DNA of 64,000 bases, from NCBI GenBank assembly GCA_965153285.1, contig OZ229116.1, one strand, 5' to 3'. Both the position numbers and the translations under genes were made by a program. Positions 38,895-51,928 of this stretch are shown here, piece by piece; position 1 is the first letter of the stretch, and each line of letters begins with the position of its first letter. The notes beneath the pieces were generated by a model. It made no database searches. It was not told where the DNA came from and worked only from the letters and a program-made list of their open reading frames with translations. Origin of the DNA: Podarcis tiliguerta (lineage: Eukaryota).

Positions 38895-39042
38895 GGCTGG
38901 TAGTTGGTAGAACATGAGACTCTTAATCTTAGGCTCATGGGTTCAAGCCCCACGCAGAGAAAAAGGATTCCTACATTGCATGGGGTTTGGCCTTGATTAG
39001 CATTGTGGTCCCTTCCAATTCTATGATTCTATAATTCTATGA
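38895..39042 (+). mobile_element. tRNA(Lys-CTT)-derived SINE with CR1 3' tail
   Basis: GGTAGAACATGAGACTCTTAATCT...GGTTCAAGCCCCACG head fused to GATTCCTACATTGCA...CCCTTCCAATTCTATGATTCT. Confidence 0.85.
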
Positions 39043-39819
39043 CCAATGATCAGACTGGGTAGTAGGAGGGATATAGTTCAAGGCCCATTATAAGTCAAAT
39101 CCATCTCTGATTGTTCTGGGCTTAACTGCACTGAGGGTAGATCTTTCAAGCAGGGAACATTTGTTTTTCTAGCTCTTGTTTAAAGTCTTGCTCTATCTCT
39201 TAATTCCCCTTAGCTAGGATCACATAGTGAAGGAGAAAGTAGAAACACTCTTATTAAGAATGGTTCAGAAAGAGCAGCAGATGAAAGGAAGAATGTTTGT
39301 GAAAATTCTTAGAGATTGTAAACTATAAGAAGCTTCAAAGTGGCATTGGCATATTGTACACCTCCAAAGCAGCAAATCCTTATGTCACCAAAAAAACTGC
39401 ATTAGAAGTGAGTTTTTGATTGTGCAGTGTCACAAACACAATGCTAAGTTGCAATTGAGGAATATGCAAACTGTATCAGTAGCAGAAAGCAGCTACGACT
39501 GGTTTTTACGTAGACATGTGCTACTGTAATTACACAATGAGGTACAGTACCTGGAATGCTGATATTTGCCAGTGTCATAGTTGTGGCATATGATAAGAGA
39601 TAAAAAGTGTCTGCACATAAGAGATAAAAAGTATCTAATTTATAGCAGGAAGTCCATTAATTTAGATATCATGCCAAATTATAGCACAAACCATTGTTTT
39701 CAAAACCACTTCAAACTCATTCTGATTTTCTGGCTGATTGCAAGCAATGGTTTGTTAAGTCACGTATTGTGAAAACCTTAGCTGAGCTTTCTTTCTCAAG
39801 TCCTGCCGCTGTGACCACA

Positions 39820-40085
39820 GCCATGGTTTGGCTTAGTGTGTTGTCCAAACCCATACACATTTTAAACCGTTAATCAAAGTTTATTCTTAGTTTATAGCTT
39901 GTGGTTTGTCTGAAGGAGACAAACCATAAACCCAGAGTCAATTACACACTAAGCCAAGCATAGTTTAGGTTACTGCAGCACAGCAGCACCAGGACCATTG
40001 GAGAAGCAAAGCAGCTGAAATGTCCCCTATGGGACTCTATGTACTCTAAGCCATGGTTTGCCCTAGCGTTATTTGTGATACATCA
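39820..40085. mobile_element. Old AACCATGGTT-family palindromic element
   Basis: Repeated GCCATGGTTTG, AAACCAT and CTAAGCCA motifs in inverted arrangement. Confidence 0.4.
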
Positions 40086-40124
40086 CAGTGTTGTAGTTCT
40101 CTTTAAACCTGTTGTACAGCACAG

Positions 40125-40300
40125 TATTTCATTCATTTACTCATTCATTCAAAGCATTTCTATCCTCATCTGGAAGAGCCCCCATTGTGGCTTAGAAATT
40201 AATAGGAATAACACAGCCCCTGTCCTCAGGCTCACAATTAAAAAAAGGCATGGCAGAAAAGGAAAATGGGAGTGGGAGGGAAAGCAGGCTCTGTCTCCAA
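40125..40300 (-). mobile_element. LINE (L2-like) 3' end
   Basis: (TTCA)n antisense tail followed by CCCTGTCCTCAGGCTCACAAT. Confidence 0.45.
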
Positions 40301-40687
40301 ATTCTTAATGTTTCAAGTTGCTTACAATGACCAGCTTCAATGGTAACTGACTGCTGTTCTCATGCCTCTGAGAAATAGCCTGGTGATCCAGCCTTCTGGA
40401 TCACCTGAAAGTTGTTTACAAGGTGGGGCCTTTGGGCACCTAGCTAAAATCTGCTGACCTCTTGCCACTCCTGTCCTCTGCCCTGCCAGGAGATGGCCTT
40501 ACCTTACATGGCAGCTGGAACTGATGATCTCTGTAAGGGGATGGAGGGATCTAGCCCAGCTAGTAAGAATAGCATTGAGTACATGAAAAATGTTATCCTG
40601 GGGATTTGATTGGGAGTGCTTTCCACTGTGTATTAATTTGTAGGACTAGCATGAAAGAAACCGTCACTAAGAAGCAGAGATAAAGAT

Positions 40688-40962
40688 AAGCTGCATCCAT
40701 ACATAATGCTAAACCATGGTTTGTTATCATGATCATGTAATCATGATCTCATGATTCTTCATGCATGGAAATTAAAGATTTTATTCCTGCTTTAGCTGCA
40801 AACCAAACATTTGCCATTATGGTTTGCAAATGCACTACAAACCTTTGTTACTGATTCAGGTTTGCTACTGACTTGCAAGTCATAGTTGTCAGTTCTGATC
40901 TCACGAGAAACCATAATTAAGATTCCTTAACCATAGTTTGATGTGATATGTAAACTGTGTCA
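40688..40962. mobile_element. Old AACCATGGTT-family palindromic MITE
   Basis: ACATAATGCTAAACCATGGTT...AACCATAGTTTGATGTGATATGT inverted ends. Confidence 0.5.
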
Positions 40963-42079
40963 GCCTCTTTATTTCAGAACATTATAGCTTCTTTGAATTT
41001 AATGGGTAGCCTTAATTTCAGAATGCTGCTTCTCTGTCTTCACAGATCATAAAGTATAGTTTCTTCCAGATTTTTTTTTTGTCAGATAAATTTAGCGGGT
41101 TTAGATAGAAAAATACTTTTCTGTTGTTTTTGGCTGCCTATTGCTGGGCCCTGTTTTGGATTGATGTTGATAGTTCTCCTTTCTGACCACTTGTTGCTGC
41201 TATTATTGTTTATAATAATAAACAGCTGCTACATAGCCAGAAACTTTGAGAAACACAGTGGTGTTTGTATTATCTGGAGGGATGCAAAACTTTCGATTGG
41301 TTGGAAAGGAAGTTAAGTATCAAAATATCCTGAATTGGGTTTTGAACTCAAACAGTAAAACATAGCATCCATCCATTGATGGAGAGAGATAATGGGGAAG
41401 GAAGAAGCTAAGATGCTGTGAAATGGTATAGCTTTGCCTTTCCAGTCTGTGTAACAGTGGAGAAGAATCACGCTTCATTCTTTCCCCCAAGTTCCTGTTA
41501 AACATAACCAAACAGATATAATTTTTACGACCGTGGAGACTAGAACCAATTCCTTTAACTTAACAGAACAGGGATTTGCTAATATTTCTCCAGTTGTGCT
41601 TCACAGTCCTTACAAACACAACGCACACAACTCTTTAAACTCTGCAAATTGGTAAAGCCTTCACGGAAAGTAACAAGGAGAGCGCTTTGAAAACCTACAA
41701 GAAAGTACTTTATCAAAAATATAAAACACAAAATCATGAATCAATGGCAGCGAATTTCAGTTGAAGAATTGAAACCTAATTCATTCAACTGTGACTGAAA
41801 ACAAACCATGTTAAATGTTTATTAACTTGTATTTCTGTTATCAGTGGATTTATGTGTAAAGGATAGGGTAGAGGGGAAGCTAGGGAAATCTTATCCCTCT
41901 AAATTATTTGCTTCTAGCCCTTAAATGGTGATGTAAGGGGAGTGTATTTTCCTCTTCCTTTTATGCTTTCCCCTCTGCTTTGAATTAGTGTAGCTAAATA
42001 TATTATGCCATACTATTTACCCCAGTCTGCAGTTTCACTACCTCTGTATGGCTTCCCACTCTTAGAATTTTGCAAATAA

Positions 42080-42640
42080 ATCACTGATCAATGTAGAGAG
42101 GCATCACGGCAAGTGTGAAGGCAGAATATTTTTTATGATGCCATAAACTGGATTTATTATTATTTTCTGCATGCAACTTTGTACATTTAAAGTTCATCTA
42201 CATAGTACGGTATTGTATATGGGTTTCATTTAATTGACGCTAATTAACTACGGGGCTGGGTTTATTTAATATTTTTTGTTTTGTAAAATAGTTACAAATC
42301 AGTATAGGCTATGCTGCACTGGTCTCCACGATTTCTGAGAAACTATTTTTGTCCAGTATAAAATAATATATTATTTACATATTTGTAGAATAAGGATGCA
42401 CTGTTAGTCTTTTGTTAATTTCCAGGTAATTAAACATTATTGTCTATTTATGAAAGAATTGATGTGATCTGTTTATAGTATCAAGACTGCATGATACCAA
42501 ACTATAGTTGCATCCCTAATTAATGTACATAATTGTCATGGTTTTAAGGTGAAAATTAAAAAAATGCTGTCAAATTAATCATCTACTAGGAGTTCATTAA
42601 TTAGCTAACCTCATATAAATGGGCTGCATTTCGATGACAA
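42080..42640. promoter_or_regulatory. Candidate conserved enhancer (homeodomain-dense)
   Basis: TTTTATGA and CCATAAA, TTAATTG, CTAATTAA twice, TAATTGTCA, TTAATTAG. Confidence 0.45.
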
Positions 42641-43204
42641 CTAGGAGTGAAAACCTAACTAACTGAAGTCAGTAGGAGCATTTACATTGAATTCAGTGCG
42701 ATTGGTTCCACAAAATAAATTTATCTATTCTAGAGACTGTTTTGGGAAACAGGAGAAATCCTTTTATAGGTTTAGTGCTTTACAGAGGTTTTTCCAGACA
42801 GAAGTCTATCAATATGACCATCTTTAAAATAATAAAACACATTTATTGTTGAACCAAAATACACTGGGTTGTATTCAATACTGTATAAGCAGAGTTCTGC
42901 TTCCCCTTCCTTCATGCCGCCCCAGATGCTTGCCCCACCTTTGGAACAGATTTTGAGATTTTGAGGAAGATTTCAAGTAAGATAAGGAGGTAGGGAATTC
43001 TGTTGGGCAAGTGGACCTCCGTTGTGAGCAGAACAGAAGTGTTGGACACAACCCATTTTTAACTCTCCATCTGCCAAGGTGAAATGTATAATATCGCCAT
43101 TGTTTCATGATAATGTGCAGCATATTACAAAATATTTTGCCTCATAACACATTAGCAAAACGTAGTGCTTTTAAAACTGCAGAATATATAAAGAAACAGA
43201 ATTT

Positions 43205-43412
43205 ATATGGCACTTGCTTAGTGTTCTAAAATGATTCACATGCATTATCTCATTCATTTATAAAACTCTGTAAGGAAGCAGAGTGCTATTTCCATAATGC
43301 AGATAGGGAGCTGAGACTGAGAGAAAGTGATTTGCTTAAGGCCAACTGAGGTGAGAGATGAATGAGGAATTTCACATCTCACATTCTTTACCACTGCACT
43401 ACACCTGGCCTC
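43205..43412 (-). mobile_element. MIR/CORE-SINE-like element
   Basis: GCATTATCTCATT...CTGTAAGG...GCAGATAGGGAGCTGAGACTGAGAG...CTTAAGGCCA...ACCACTGCACTAC. Confidence 0.7.
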
Positions 43413-43513
43413 AGAAAAGGTCACATTGCTTTTTCAAGAATTATTGATAGCATGATACTCCTGAGCAGATTCATCTTGTTTCTTTAGGGAATTCTGAAAT
43501 GTTGAAACATTGA

Positions 43514-43599
43514 GGTTTCGGTTCTATACTCACCTGGGGGAAAGCCAAATTGAACAGAGTGGTGCTTACTTCTGAGTAGACACACACAGGACTGCACTG
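43514..43599. mobile_element. Hairpin MITE, Harbinger-like family
   Basis: GCTTACTTCTGAGTAGAC...AGGACTGCACTG shared with the 6041 copy. Confidence 0.55.
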
Positions 43600-44044
43600 A
43601 AAGTGTATGTAGTTTTTAATCTTGCAATCTCAAAACAAACAAACAAAAAAACTGGTCCGCAGGAAGATATCAAACATGAAGTGTTAAATTAGGTTTAGAG
43701 GGTTGTATTCAGTACAGGGCTGATGCAAGAGGAATTCCCCTTCTTTTTCTCCCCACTGCAGTCTGCCGAGCCCACAAAAAGCCTTTCTTGAGGGTCTGGG
43801 ATGTGAGATAGAGGATTGCAGTGGTAGAGGGATTGGGAGAAAATAGGGCAGAGGCAATTTGCATGAGGCTCACACTCCCAGGCCTTTCCTGATTGTTCCC
43901 CACCTCTCTGATCTTACATCATGGGTAAGCATGTGTGTACAGTGGAGAGGAAGGGGCAGGCATGAATGCCCTAGTGCAAATGTGACCCTGGGTATAATGC
44001 ATAATGCATTAGTTGAATTGGTGTTTTTTTTTTAATATTAAATG

Positions 44045-44510
44045 CTGCTTATTCAGAAAACTCTTAGAGTGGTATAAACTAAACAAAAATATATGGAAAT
44101 GAAAAATACAACAAAACAAGTCCAGCAAAATACACAAACATCAGTGGACAACCGTAAATGATATCAGCATCCCCCTTTGAGTATTTTGAGCCAGTGTTAA
44201 AAACACAAATTGATTGAAGTCTGTCCAGCTCTTGAGAAGTCAGAAAGATTCACAGAGAGAGCACCTGTTAGATGAATCTGGAACATGTTGTACAATCAGA
44301 AGGGGCAGTAAGGAAAAGGTAATCTCTTAGGTATCATGATCCCAAGTTGTTTATAGCTTTTTACCCTACTAACAAAACCTTAAATTGCCTGTTTTCAGGT
44401 CACTGGCGTATGATATTCCTTACAGGTTGTGGTGGCATGAGCAAAATGTCCTTAGATGATCCTAGTGATCTTACAGGATTACACAGGGGAAAGAGGTCTT
44501 TCAGGTAATG
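44045..44510 (-). mobile_element. Fragmented L2 LINE
   Basis: AGGTATCATGATCCCAAGTTGTTTATAGCTTT...AAAACCTTAAATTG is the antisense of the L2 FKVL..KA..LG..YL region. Confidence 0.55.
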
Positions 44511-46144
44511 TGCACTTGCACTTCTTTCAACAAAAAGCTGTGCATTGCTTTCATTAATGTTAGAAGAGCGATACTTACATACATGGTCTATTTTATTTTA
44601 TTTGAACCTAGAGTATTTTAAGGGTGGCTCATGGTGGCTTACAATTATGTAACTGTAGTTTTATTTATATAAGAGGAACATTTCCCTTACTATTTATGAG
44701 ACCAACATGCATTTTGAAATAGAAGCATTCAAAGGTAATTACATTTAAAAAAGCAATTCTGAAACTAACAACACAGTACCCCATATCATGAATTTATACC
44801 AACTGAAAAGCTGGTAGGGAAAAAACTTTATTTTTCCTTCCTCCAACCTCTGTGTTTGTCCATGTGTATGGTATTTCATTATGGCAAGATTATTATTAAT
44901 TGTAGCCAATATATTCTTTTGTATTGTTAACCGTGTTTGCATTCATAATGCCTTGTACTAACTCATAAAGTACAACCAATACTGAATTTATATCTATCTG
45001 TTAAAGAAATTATACATTTTTGCTGTAATACTAGTGGCAACAATAACCGTACCCTATGCGGTACATTTATTATCTCCGCCCATCCAATTAAATCTCTGAG
45101 TAGGTCTCTCTTTGTTAGTCATGATATTCAGATACCAACATTTCATTCTAATACAGCATAAAGAGAAAAATGAAGACTGCCTCCTCCCTCCCATGCTGCT
45201 TTGTCAAATCTTGATGTGTCATTTTTGTGGCATCGAGGAAAACAAAATGACCCTTCCCTAAGTTCCTAATGCTACAAAGATATAATTTTAAAAAATAAGA
45301 ATAATCAAGCTATAGGAGAATAGATGACAGAGTGAAGAAACTCAGATTTCTTACTACACTATTGATATTGGCCTAACATTCTCTAATCTACTAAAATTAA
45401 GAATGGGGCAAAGTGTTTGGTCCTGAGGGCCACATCAGAAATATCCCGCAAGCCTGAGGGCCAAAGCTAATGCATATATTTTAGTTCTGCATTATTAATG
45501 TAATTTGCATGTCATTATCAAGAACTTAGGGGATGCCACGCTACAGCTTGTGCACACATTGAGTTTATACTACTACTGTCATTCTGAATTGCTTTCTTTC
45601 AAACTGGACAAATTTGCATTGTGATATATGAACTTGAGGCACAATTTCCTGGAAAATTTTGAACAAAGTCTCCTGAAATGCATACAGCTTTTATTTCACT
45701 AGGAATTTTCAATGAAACATGCAATGAAGCAAATGGTAGTTTTGAAAATTAGGGCAGTTGGAAATCACAATGAAGGTAAGTTCCCCTCCCTAATTTGCCT
45801 TCTTGTTAGTGATCCTTTAGTATATCTGCAGTTTCATTTCCCAAATGTGTTTTCATAATAATAGCTAGAGGTTTGCATTTATTTTTATTTTATTTTTTTA
45901 AATGTGATTCTTTGGATTGTAATAAGAGCCTGTAGACCACACAAAAGTTATTTGGGGACTCCATATTGATTACTTGCTATAAATTTCAGTTGCATTACTA
46001 TTATCCTAACGTATGTGGTTCCAACCCAGCATGGTTAGGTCCTGTTAAATCTCACTTTCATTCCAGCTGAGGGGTTTGAAAAGTCTAGAAGCAGAGGATA
46101 CATCCTGTGAGCAGGCTTGACTGTGGCCTATATGCCTTTTATCT

Positions 46145-46370
46145 TGCTGTTGTTTAGTCGTTTAGTTGTGTCTGACTCTTCATGACTCCATGGACCAGAG
46201 CACACCAGGCACTCCTGTCTTCCACTGCCTCCCGCAGTTTGGTCAAACTCATGTTAGTAGTTTCAAGAACACTGTCCAACCATCTCGTCCTCTTGTCCCC
46301 TTCTCCTTGTGCCCTCCATCTTTCCCAACATCAGGGTCTTTTCCAGGGAGTCTTCTCTTCTCATGAGGTT
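46145..46370 (-). mobile_element. BovB (RTE) LINE 3' end, 5'-truncated
   Basis: Minus strand CTCATGAGAAGAGAAGACTCCCTGGAAAAGACCCTGATGTTGGGAAAGATGG...GAGTCAGACACAACT, (CAA)n-like tail; 10-bp TSD CCTTTTATCT at 46135 and 46371. Confidence 0.92.
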
Positions 46371-46391
46371 CCTTTTATCTAGCATATGACA

Positions 46392-46411
46392 GTGTGTGTG
46401 TGTGTGTGTGT
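46392..46411. repeat. (GT)n microsatellite
   Basis: Seen directly. Confidence 0.9.
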
Positions 46412-47197
46412 AGACATTGCCTATCAAGCTCTTAGAAAGTGGCTTTTAGCAGCCTTTATGAAACACACAACAGCAGAGAGACAACGGAGGCAATCAAACT
46501 GCCTCACCTGCATGTGATTTTTAACAACAACAAAAATTGTCTGGAATACATACATACATATACATAAATATACATATGTGTATATTTTAAGATGCTGCTG
46601 GCATGTTTCTCTCCCCACCCCCTCTAATAGTGATGAATGCCAACAGAAACTGAGCCCTAAACAAGAAGTGATGTTACACTATGCTTGGAGAAAGTCCAAG
46701 GATTGCAAAAGTACAGAAAAGTCATATGCACACCTAAGGGGCACCCCCTTCCCAAATACTGCACAGTAAGGACTGAGCATGCACAGTAGCCAAGAAATGT
46801 TGAGTGGCAGCAGGAAAAGAAATACAAAACTGGGAACAGGGAATGGAACATCTCAATTCAACCTCATACGGTTTATAGCATCCTGGTGGAAAGCATGGCT
46901 AGTTGTCTAGAACCCCATTTCTGTTAGGTGTTGCATGTCTCATTTGTTAAACTAATTATCCAAACAGTTGTCTCTTCTGTACTGTCTCATTTTGCCATGT
47001 GGCCAGTGTTCCTTTCCTTTTGTAAAGCGCTTCCCTCCAAGAGATGATGCCATAGCACCTAGCCGCAGGGAGCATTCTAGCAGCTTTTCACAGCAACATT
47101 ATCTAGTGTGGGGTCTGCCTGCTTCTATGGGCTTTGGGGGGTCCTTTCTTAAACAGTGAGTTCTGTATTTTTCTGAAAGTATCCAGACTGTACAGTA

Positions 47198-47420
47198 CAG
47201 TGGTACCTCGGGTTACATACGCTTCAAGTTACAGACTCCGCTAACCCAGAAATAGTGCTTCAGGTTAAGAACTTTGCTTCAGGATGAGAACAGAAATTGT
47301 GCTCCGGTGGTGCAGCAGCAGCAGGCCCCATTAGCTAAAGTGGTGCTTCGGGTTAAGAACAGTTTCAGGTTAAGAACAGACCTCCGGAACGAATTAAGTA
47401 CTTAACCCGAGGTACCACTG
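47198..47420 (-). mobile_element. Tigger-like MITE (same family as 13591, opposite orientation)
   Basis: Perfect TIR CAGTGGTACCTCGGGTTA; TA TSD. Confidence 0.92.
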
Positions 47421-49732
47421 TACTATCAATTATGCCTTCACATAGTCTAGGACACTGGTTAATGTTACAGTGTTGCTGCTGCATAGTGTGTGGATCTCTC
47501 TGGTGTTTAGAAACATGGTTTAGATTATGGGAAGGCTCCATGAGAGAAAAAAATAGTGGGTCTTGGAGAAGTCAGAACTTTAAAATCCTCAGTACCCATT
47601 CCTGTCTCTAATAAGCAGTTTGCATTCCTGTCTCTTGTGCTCTGACCCTTATCTGTTCTTTACTGGACTAAGAGTTCTGACATGGAGAAGGATGACTACA
47701 TTATTTCAAACTGTCTGTCAAACTGTACGTGGGTCATTGTTTGCCGTCTTCTACCTCTCCCCTCTCAAAAAACTTGGTTTGGGGACATTTGCAGACGTGA
47801 AATCCTGAAAACCCACATTAAAGTTCTGTTGATTTAGTATCAAGAACCTTTATTGCTAAAAATGTGTGAGATTTACCATAAAGCAATGTGAAGAATAAAT
47901 GGTTCCATTTATCGCATTTAAACCTTTAGTGCTTTTTTTACTTTTGCACATTACTGAAAATAAAGCATTTTAGGAGCTGCTTAGTTCTTTTCGAATTGAA
48001 ACATTTGAATATATGTATTTATATTTACCGTAGCCAAGTGCATTTAACTTTCTGTTTGTATATACACAAACCCATATAGACAATTGTGCATACTTCAAAT
48101 ATGTCCCCCCCCCTTTACTATATATTGAACAGCTTATTCTAGGAGAGTAGGCTTAGTCTAATAATGACATTCCCTATGTGGATGAAGAAATTGTGCTATG
48201 AACTATTAAAGAGATTAGTTTTTGTTTAGAAGTGGCAAATTTGTTATTGCATCTTCTGATAGTGTTCTATCCTACTTGGTAGAGAACTAAACTGTTTTTT
48301 CTTGAAATACAGTTAATATCCACATCTCTCTCCCCCCCCCCCACCCCTTTGCCATCTTTTCATTCACCTCCACTGCCTCTCAGTTTACTCTGGCAGAGGC
48401 CTAAGTAAAGTAAACCATGTGCTTTTGTGCTGTCATATTTGATTTGGACTATATTCTCACTGTTATTTGAAGCTAACATGAAATGCAGTGTCTGCATGAC
48501 CCATTTTAGCAGCCCATTATCATAATTTCACTCTCATATGGCTACTGAGTTAATGTACTTACAAATGACAGAGAAAGCATGTTACATGACCTTAAGGGTT
48601 TTCAAAAATTAAATGACGTAGTAGGTTATATTTCAAAGAATGGCTAAAGAGAACATTTTTAATTATTATTATTTTTTGCACCTTAAGGTGTCACTGGTTA
48701 GCATGGCAACGGTATTTGTGCGTGTGTTAAATATGTGAACGTATAAGCTTTATCAGAATCTGCATTCCATAATTCACTCAAAGAAATTTTGGAAGATTGA
48801 TTTAAAAACTGTTCCAAAGAGAGGTTGTTGTTGTTTTGTAATTGCCTAATGCTTTACATTTCTTCATGTAGGGTAGAGGTGGTTTTTTTTTTTTTTTGTA
48901 GTAATGTTTCAGTTCATAGTTGTTATGGTGATATTCAGCTATGTTTTACTCAGAGTAGACACACATTCATTTAATTTCAGTAGAGCCACTCTGAGTACAA
49001 CTTTGCTGATTAAGGGCGGTATCCAACTAAGTTTGAAATTTGTTCATGCACAAAGTATAAAGCCCTGAAGAATTACTGAGACAAGATTTGGGAGGCTGTC
49101 ATATAATGGATCCTATTATACGATGATGACTCTTCAGCAGCCTTGTATTGAGCAACTTTCTTGGCAGCCATAGATAACAAGGGATTTCATGCAGGGAAAT
49201 ATGCAGCCTGGCAAGAGGAGGTAGCAATCTCTCCTTCCCTCTTCCACCCATGTGCTAGGTCTCTCTGCTACCTGGGGCTGGATGAAGGAACACCTCCTAG
49301 GCTCTTTCCCTTTCCACCAGTCCTCTTGCTAGAAGGATTTTTTATTTTTTACTACCCCACTGAAAGGCTACTGTTCTGCATTCCCATCATGGTTGTGAAG
49401 GAGAGAGCTTCCCTTCTTCTGTGGCCAGCATGAGAACGTCAGAACAAAGACTGCGGGCTAATAACTTTCATGGATTTATTTACAAGACTGCTCTTAAAGA
49501 GTCATTATTTCACAGTGAAAGTATGCATATATTCCTGTAGCATTTGGATATGCATCCTGTTTTAAGCATACAGGATTAGCATTTTATCAGGACATAGAGG
49601 CCTACTTGGCTTTTCAAATGGAGAATCCTTGCTGGGTTTTGGTGAAAGGCATCAGTTGTGAATTACTGAAGTGTTTGTCTATGCATGTGTGTGTGCGCGC
49701 ACACACAAACATATGGAATGAGCACAAAACTT

Positions 49733-49843
49733 GGGGTGGCTTCCAGCTAAGTTTTACTGAGAGCAGACCTACTGATGTTAAATGAACCTCAGGCATGTTC
49801 ATTAATTTGACCGGGTCTGCTCTGACTTAGTTGACTACCATCC
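49733..49843. mobile_element. Old hairpin MITE (Harbinger-like)
   Basis: GGGTGGCTTCCAGCTAAG / CTTAGTTGACTACCATCC ends; AGAGCAGACC / GGTCTGCTCT internal stem. Confidence 0.55.
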
Positions 49844-50227
49844 ATGGAGTCTGGATACCTTTTCCCGATATTTACGTATTTAAGCCAGCAGTGGTATTTT
49901 TTTTTTGTACTCCTAAACAGTAAAAATCTTTGTTCCTGTGGAACTAGCTACTCCAGAATTACTCCAGAGCAAGCAAATAGTTCATGGAGTACAACCTGAA
50001 GCTCCATGGAGAAGCTCTGCCGCTTTCTTGTCACTGGTGCAGAATAATTTGATAAATTTACAAGTATCTTCATTATTAGTCATTGGCACCAATAAGACTA
50101 GGAAAAGATAGAAATGCAAGCATGTTTTCTGCCATCAGAAGCTTTAGCGTTTAGCTAAAACTAGAAAGTTATATGTAAAAGTTTTGGGGGTGGAGTGGTG
50201 GAAGAAAATGCTGCAAGGACAGAATGA

Positions 50228-51115
50228 AAAATCTGTCTGTGGGTAAGGAATTTCCTGACTGACAGGCCGCAGACAGTGAGAATGGGACCTTACTATTCTT
50301 CTACTCTAGTATTAGGCACAGGAGCTCCTCAGGGATGTGTGCTAAGTCCCTTTCTCTATTCCCTGTACACATCCGATTGTACCCCACTGTATAAGTCCAA
50401 CACAATCATCAAATTTGCGGATGATACAACAGTGGTGGGGCTCATTAGTGAGAACGATGAGACTGCTTATAGGAAAGAAGTACAGGGGTTAATTCAATGG
50501 TGTAAAGAAAACAATCTTATGCTTAACACCAAAAAAACCAAAGAACTCATAGTTGATTTTAGGAGAAAGAAAAGTGTATTTTTACCATTGCACATAAATG
50601 GCGAGGAGGTGGAGAGGGTTGGTAGTTTTAAATACCTGGGCATTTATATCTCTGAGGACCTCTCATGGACTGCAAATATTAACATGGTTGTGAGGAAGGT
50701 GCAGGGGAGGTTGTATTTCCTGAGAATGCTCAGGGGACTGAATCTATCTCAGCACCTACTCCTGTCCTATTATCACAGTACCATTGAGAGTGTCCTAACC
50801 TATAGTATATTATCGTGGTATGGAAGCAGCTCTGAAACGGATAAAAAAGCTTTACTGAGGATAACAAAAATCGCCCAGAATGTTATAGGGCTCCAGCTAC
50901 CAACCCTGGATGAGATCTTCACGTCTCGCACTTTGAAGAAGTCACACAATATCCTGAGAGATCCCACCCATCCTGCTCACAACTTCTTTGAACTGTTGCC
51001 TTCGGGCAGAAGATATAGGACAATGAAAACACGAACCACACGCCTTCTGAATAGTTTCTATCCAAGAGCTCTGATTGCACTAAATAATGATCTCAGGGCC
51101 AGTTGTAAGAAATAG
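50228..51115 (+). pseudogene. Truncated but uninterrupted reverse-transcriptase ORF of the Rex1/Babar element
   Basis: Open frame from ICLWVRNFLTDRPQTV through the 279-aa ORF at 50276-51115; endonuclease and N-terminal RT missing. Confidence 0.85.
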
Positions 51116-51345
51116 CAAGCAGGGAGTAGGAAGGAATGAGATAGGGGTTAGGTCATGTTATGCTTTTAATAGGTCATGTTATATTCTGGATTATGTATGT
51201 TTTATAGATTATGTCTGAATGGGATGAGAGTGTTGGAGGTACGTGCAAATGTGTATGTGAAGCCGGTCTTTGGGTGGGTGTTTGATTTTCGTTGTTGTGT
51301 ATACTGTGTATATACGGACAATGACAATAAATTTCTATTAAAGCT
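50228..51345 (+). mobile_element. Rex1/Babar-clade LINE, 5'-truncated
   Basis: RT motifs GAPQGCVLSP, KFADDTT, FKYLG; Rex-type C-terminus HPAH-FF-LLPSGRRYR...NSFYP; TGACAATAAA and CTATT tail. Confidence 0.9.
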
Positions 51346-51928
51346 ATTAAAAAGATCCACTTAAATTACGTTTCAACTATCCTGTATTCTAATTCTTACA
51401 GCAGGGTTGGGCTATCGTCATGATGTAAGCTATTGTCTTACCACCTTCCAGCTTGATTCCTACGGTTGGATAAATGCTGGAGGAGATAAGTGCAATGAGT
51501 GGTGAAAACCTTCTTGCACTCGCAGATGATTTATTTATTTCCTTCCACATATATCCTGCCTTTCCCCAAAAAAGATGCACCCAAGGTGGGATACATGTGG
51601 TTCCCAGGTTGTCATTAAAAAACTCCAAATGCCAATAACCATAAAAGCACTTTGGCTGCAATTGTGAACCTCACTGAATTCAATGTAACTTATTTCTGAG
51701 TAGATGTGCAGTAGAATTGTATTGTCAGTTTCCGTCAAATAGTTCTGTGGAGGGTTGTCCTGCTGCTGTGAGCAGTTTTTCAGGGAGCACATGGAACCAC
51801 AGTAGGAATCAGAGGCCCAAAGAGCTTCTGTACAAGGATTCACCTTCAGATCTTAGGCATATTCAGTAATGGTATTCAAGGATTTTTCAAAGTACATATG
51901 ATGCTAAATGCATCACATTCTTCTATGT

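Noticed and set aside
38895-38965. tRNA-Lys gene
   Set aside because: The acceptor and D stems are degraded and it is fused to a CR1 tail, so it is a SINE head.
44399-44504. Apparent exon TTTTCAG|...|GTAATG
   Set aside because: It lies in antisense L2-derived sequence and the peptide is unrecognised.
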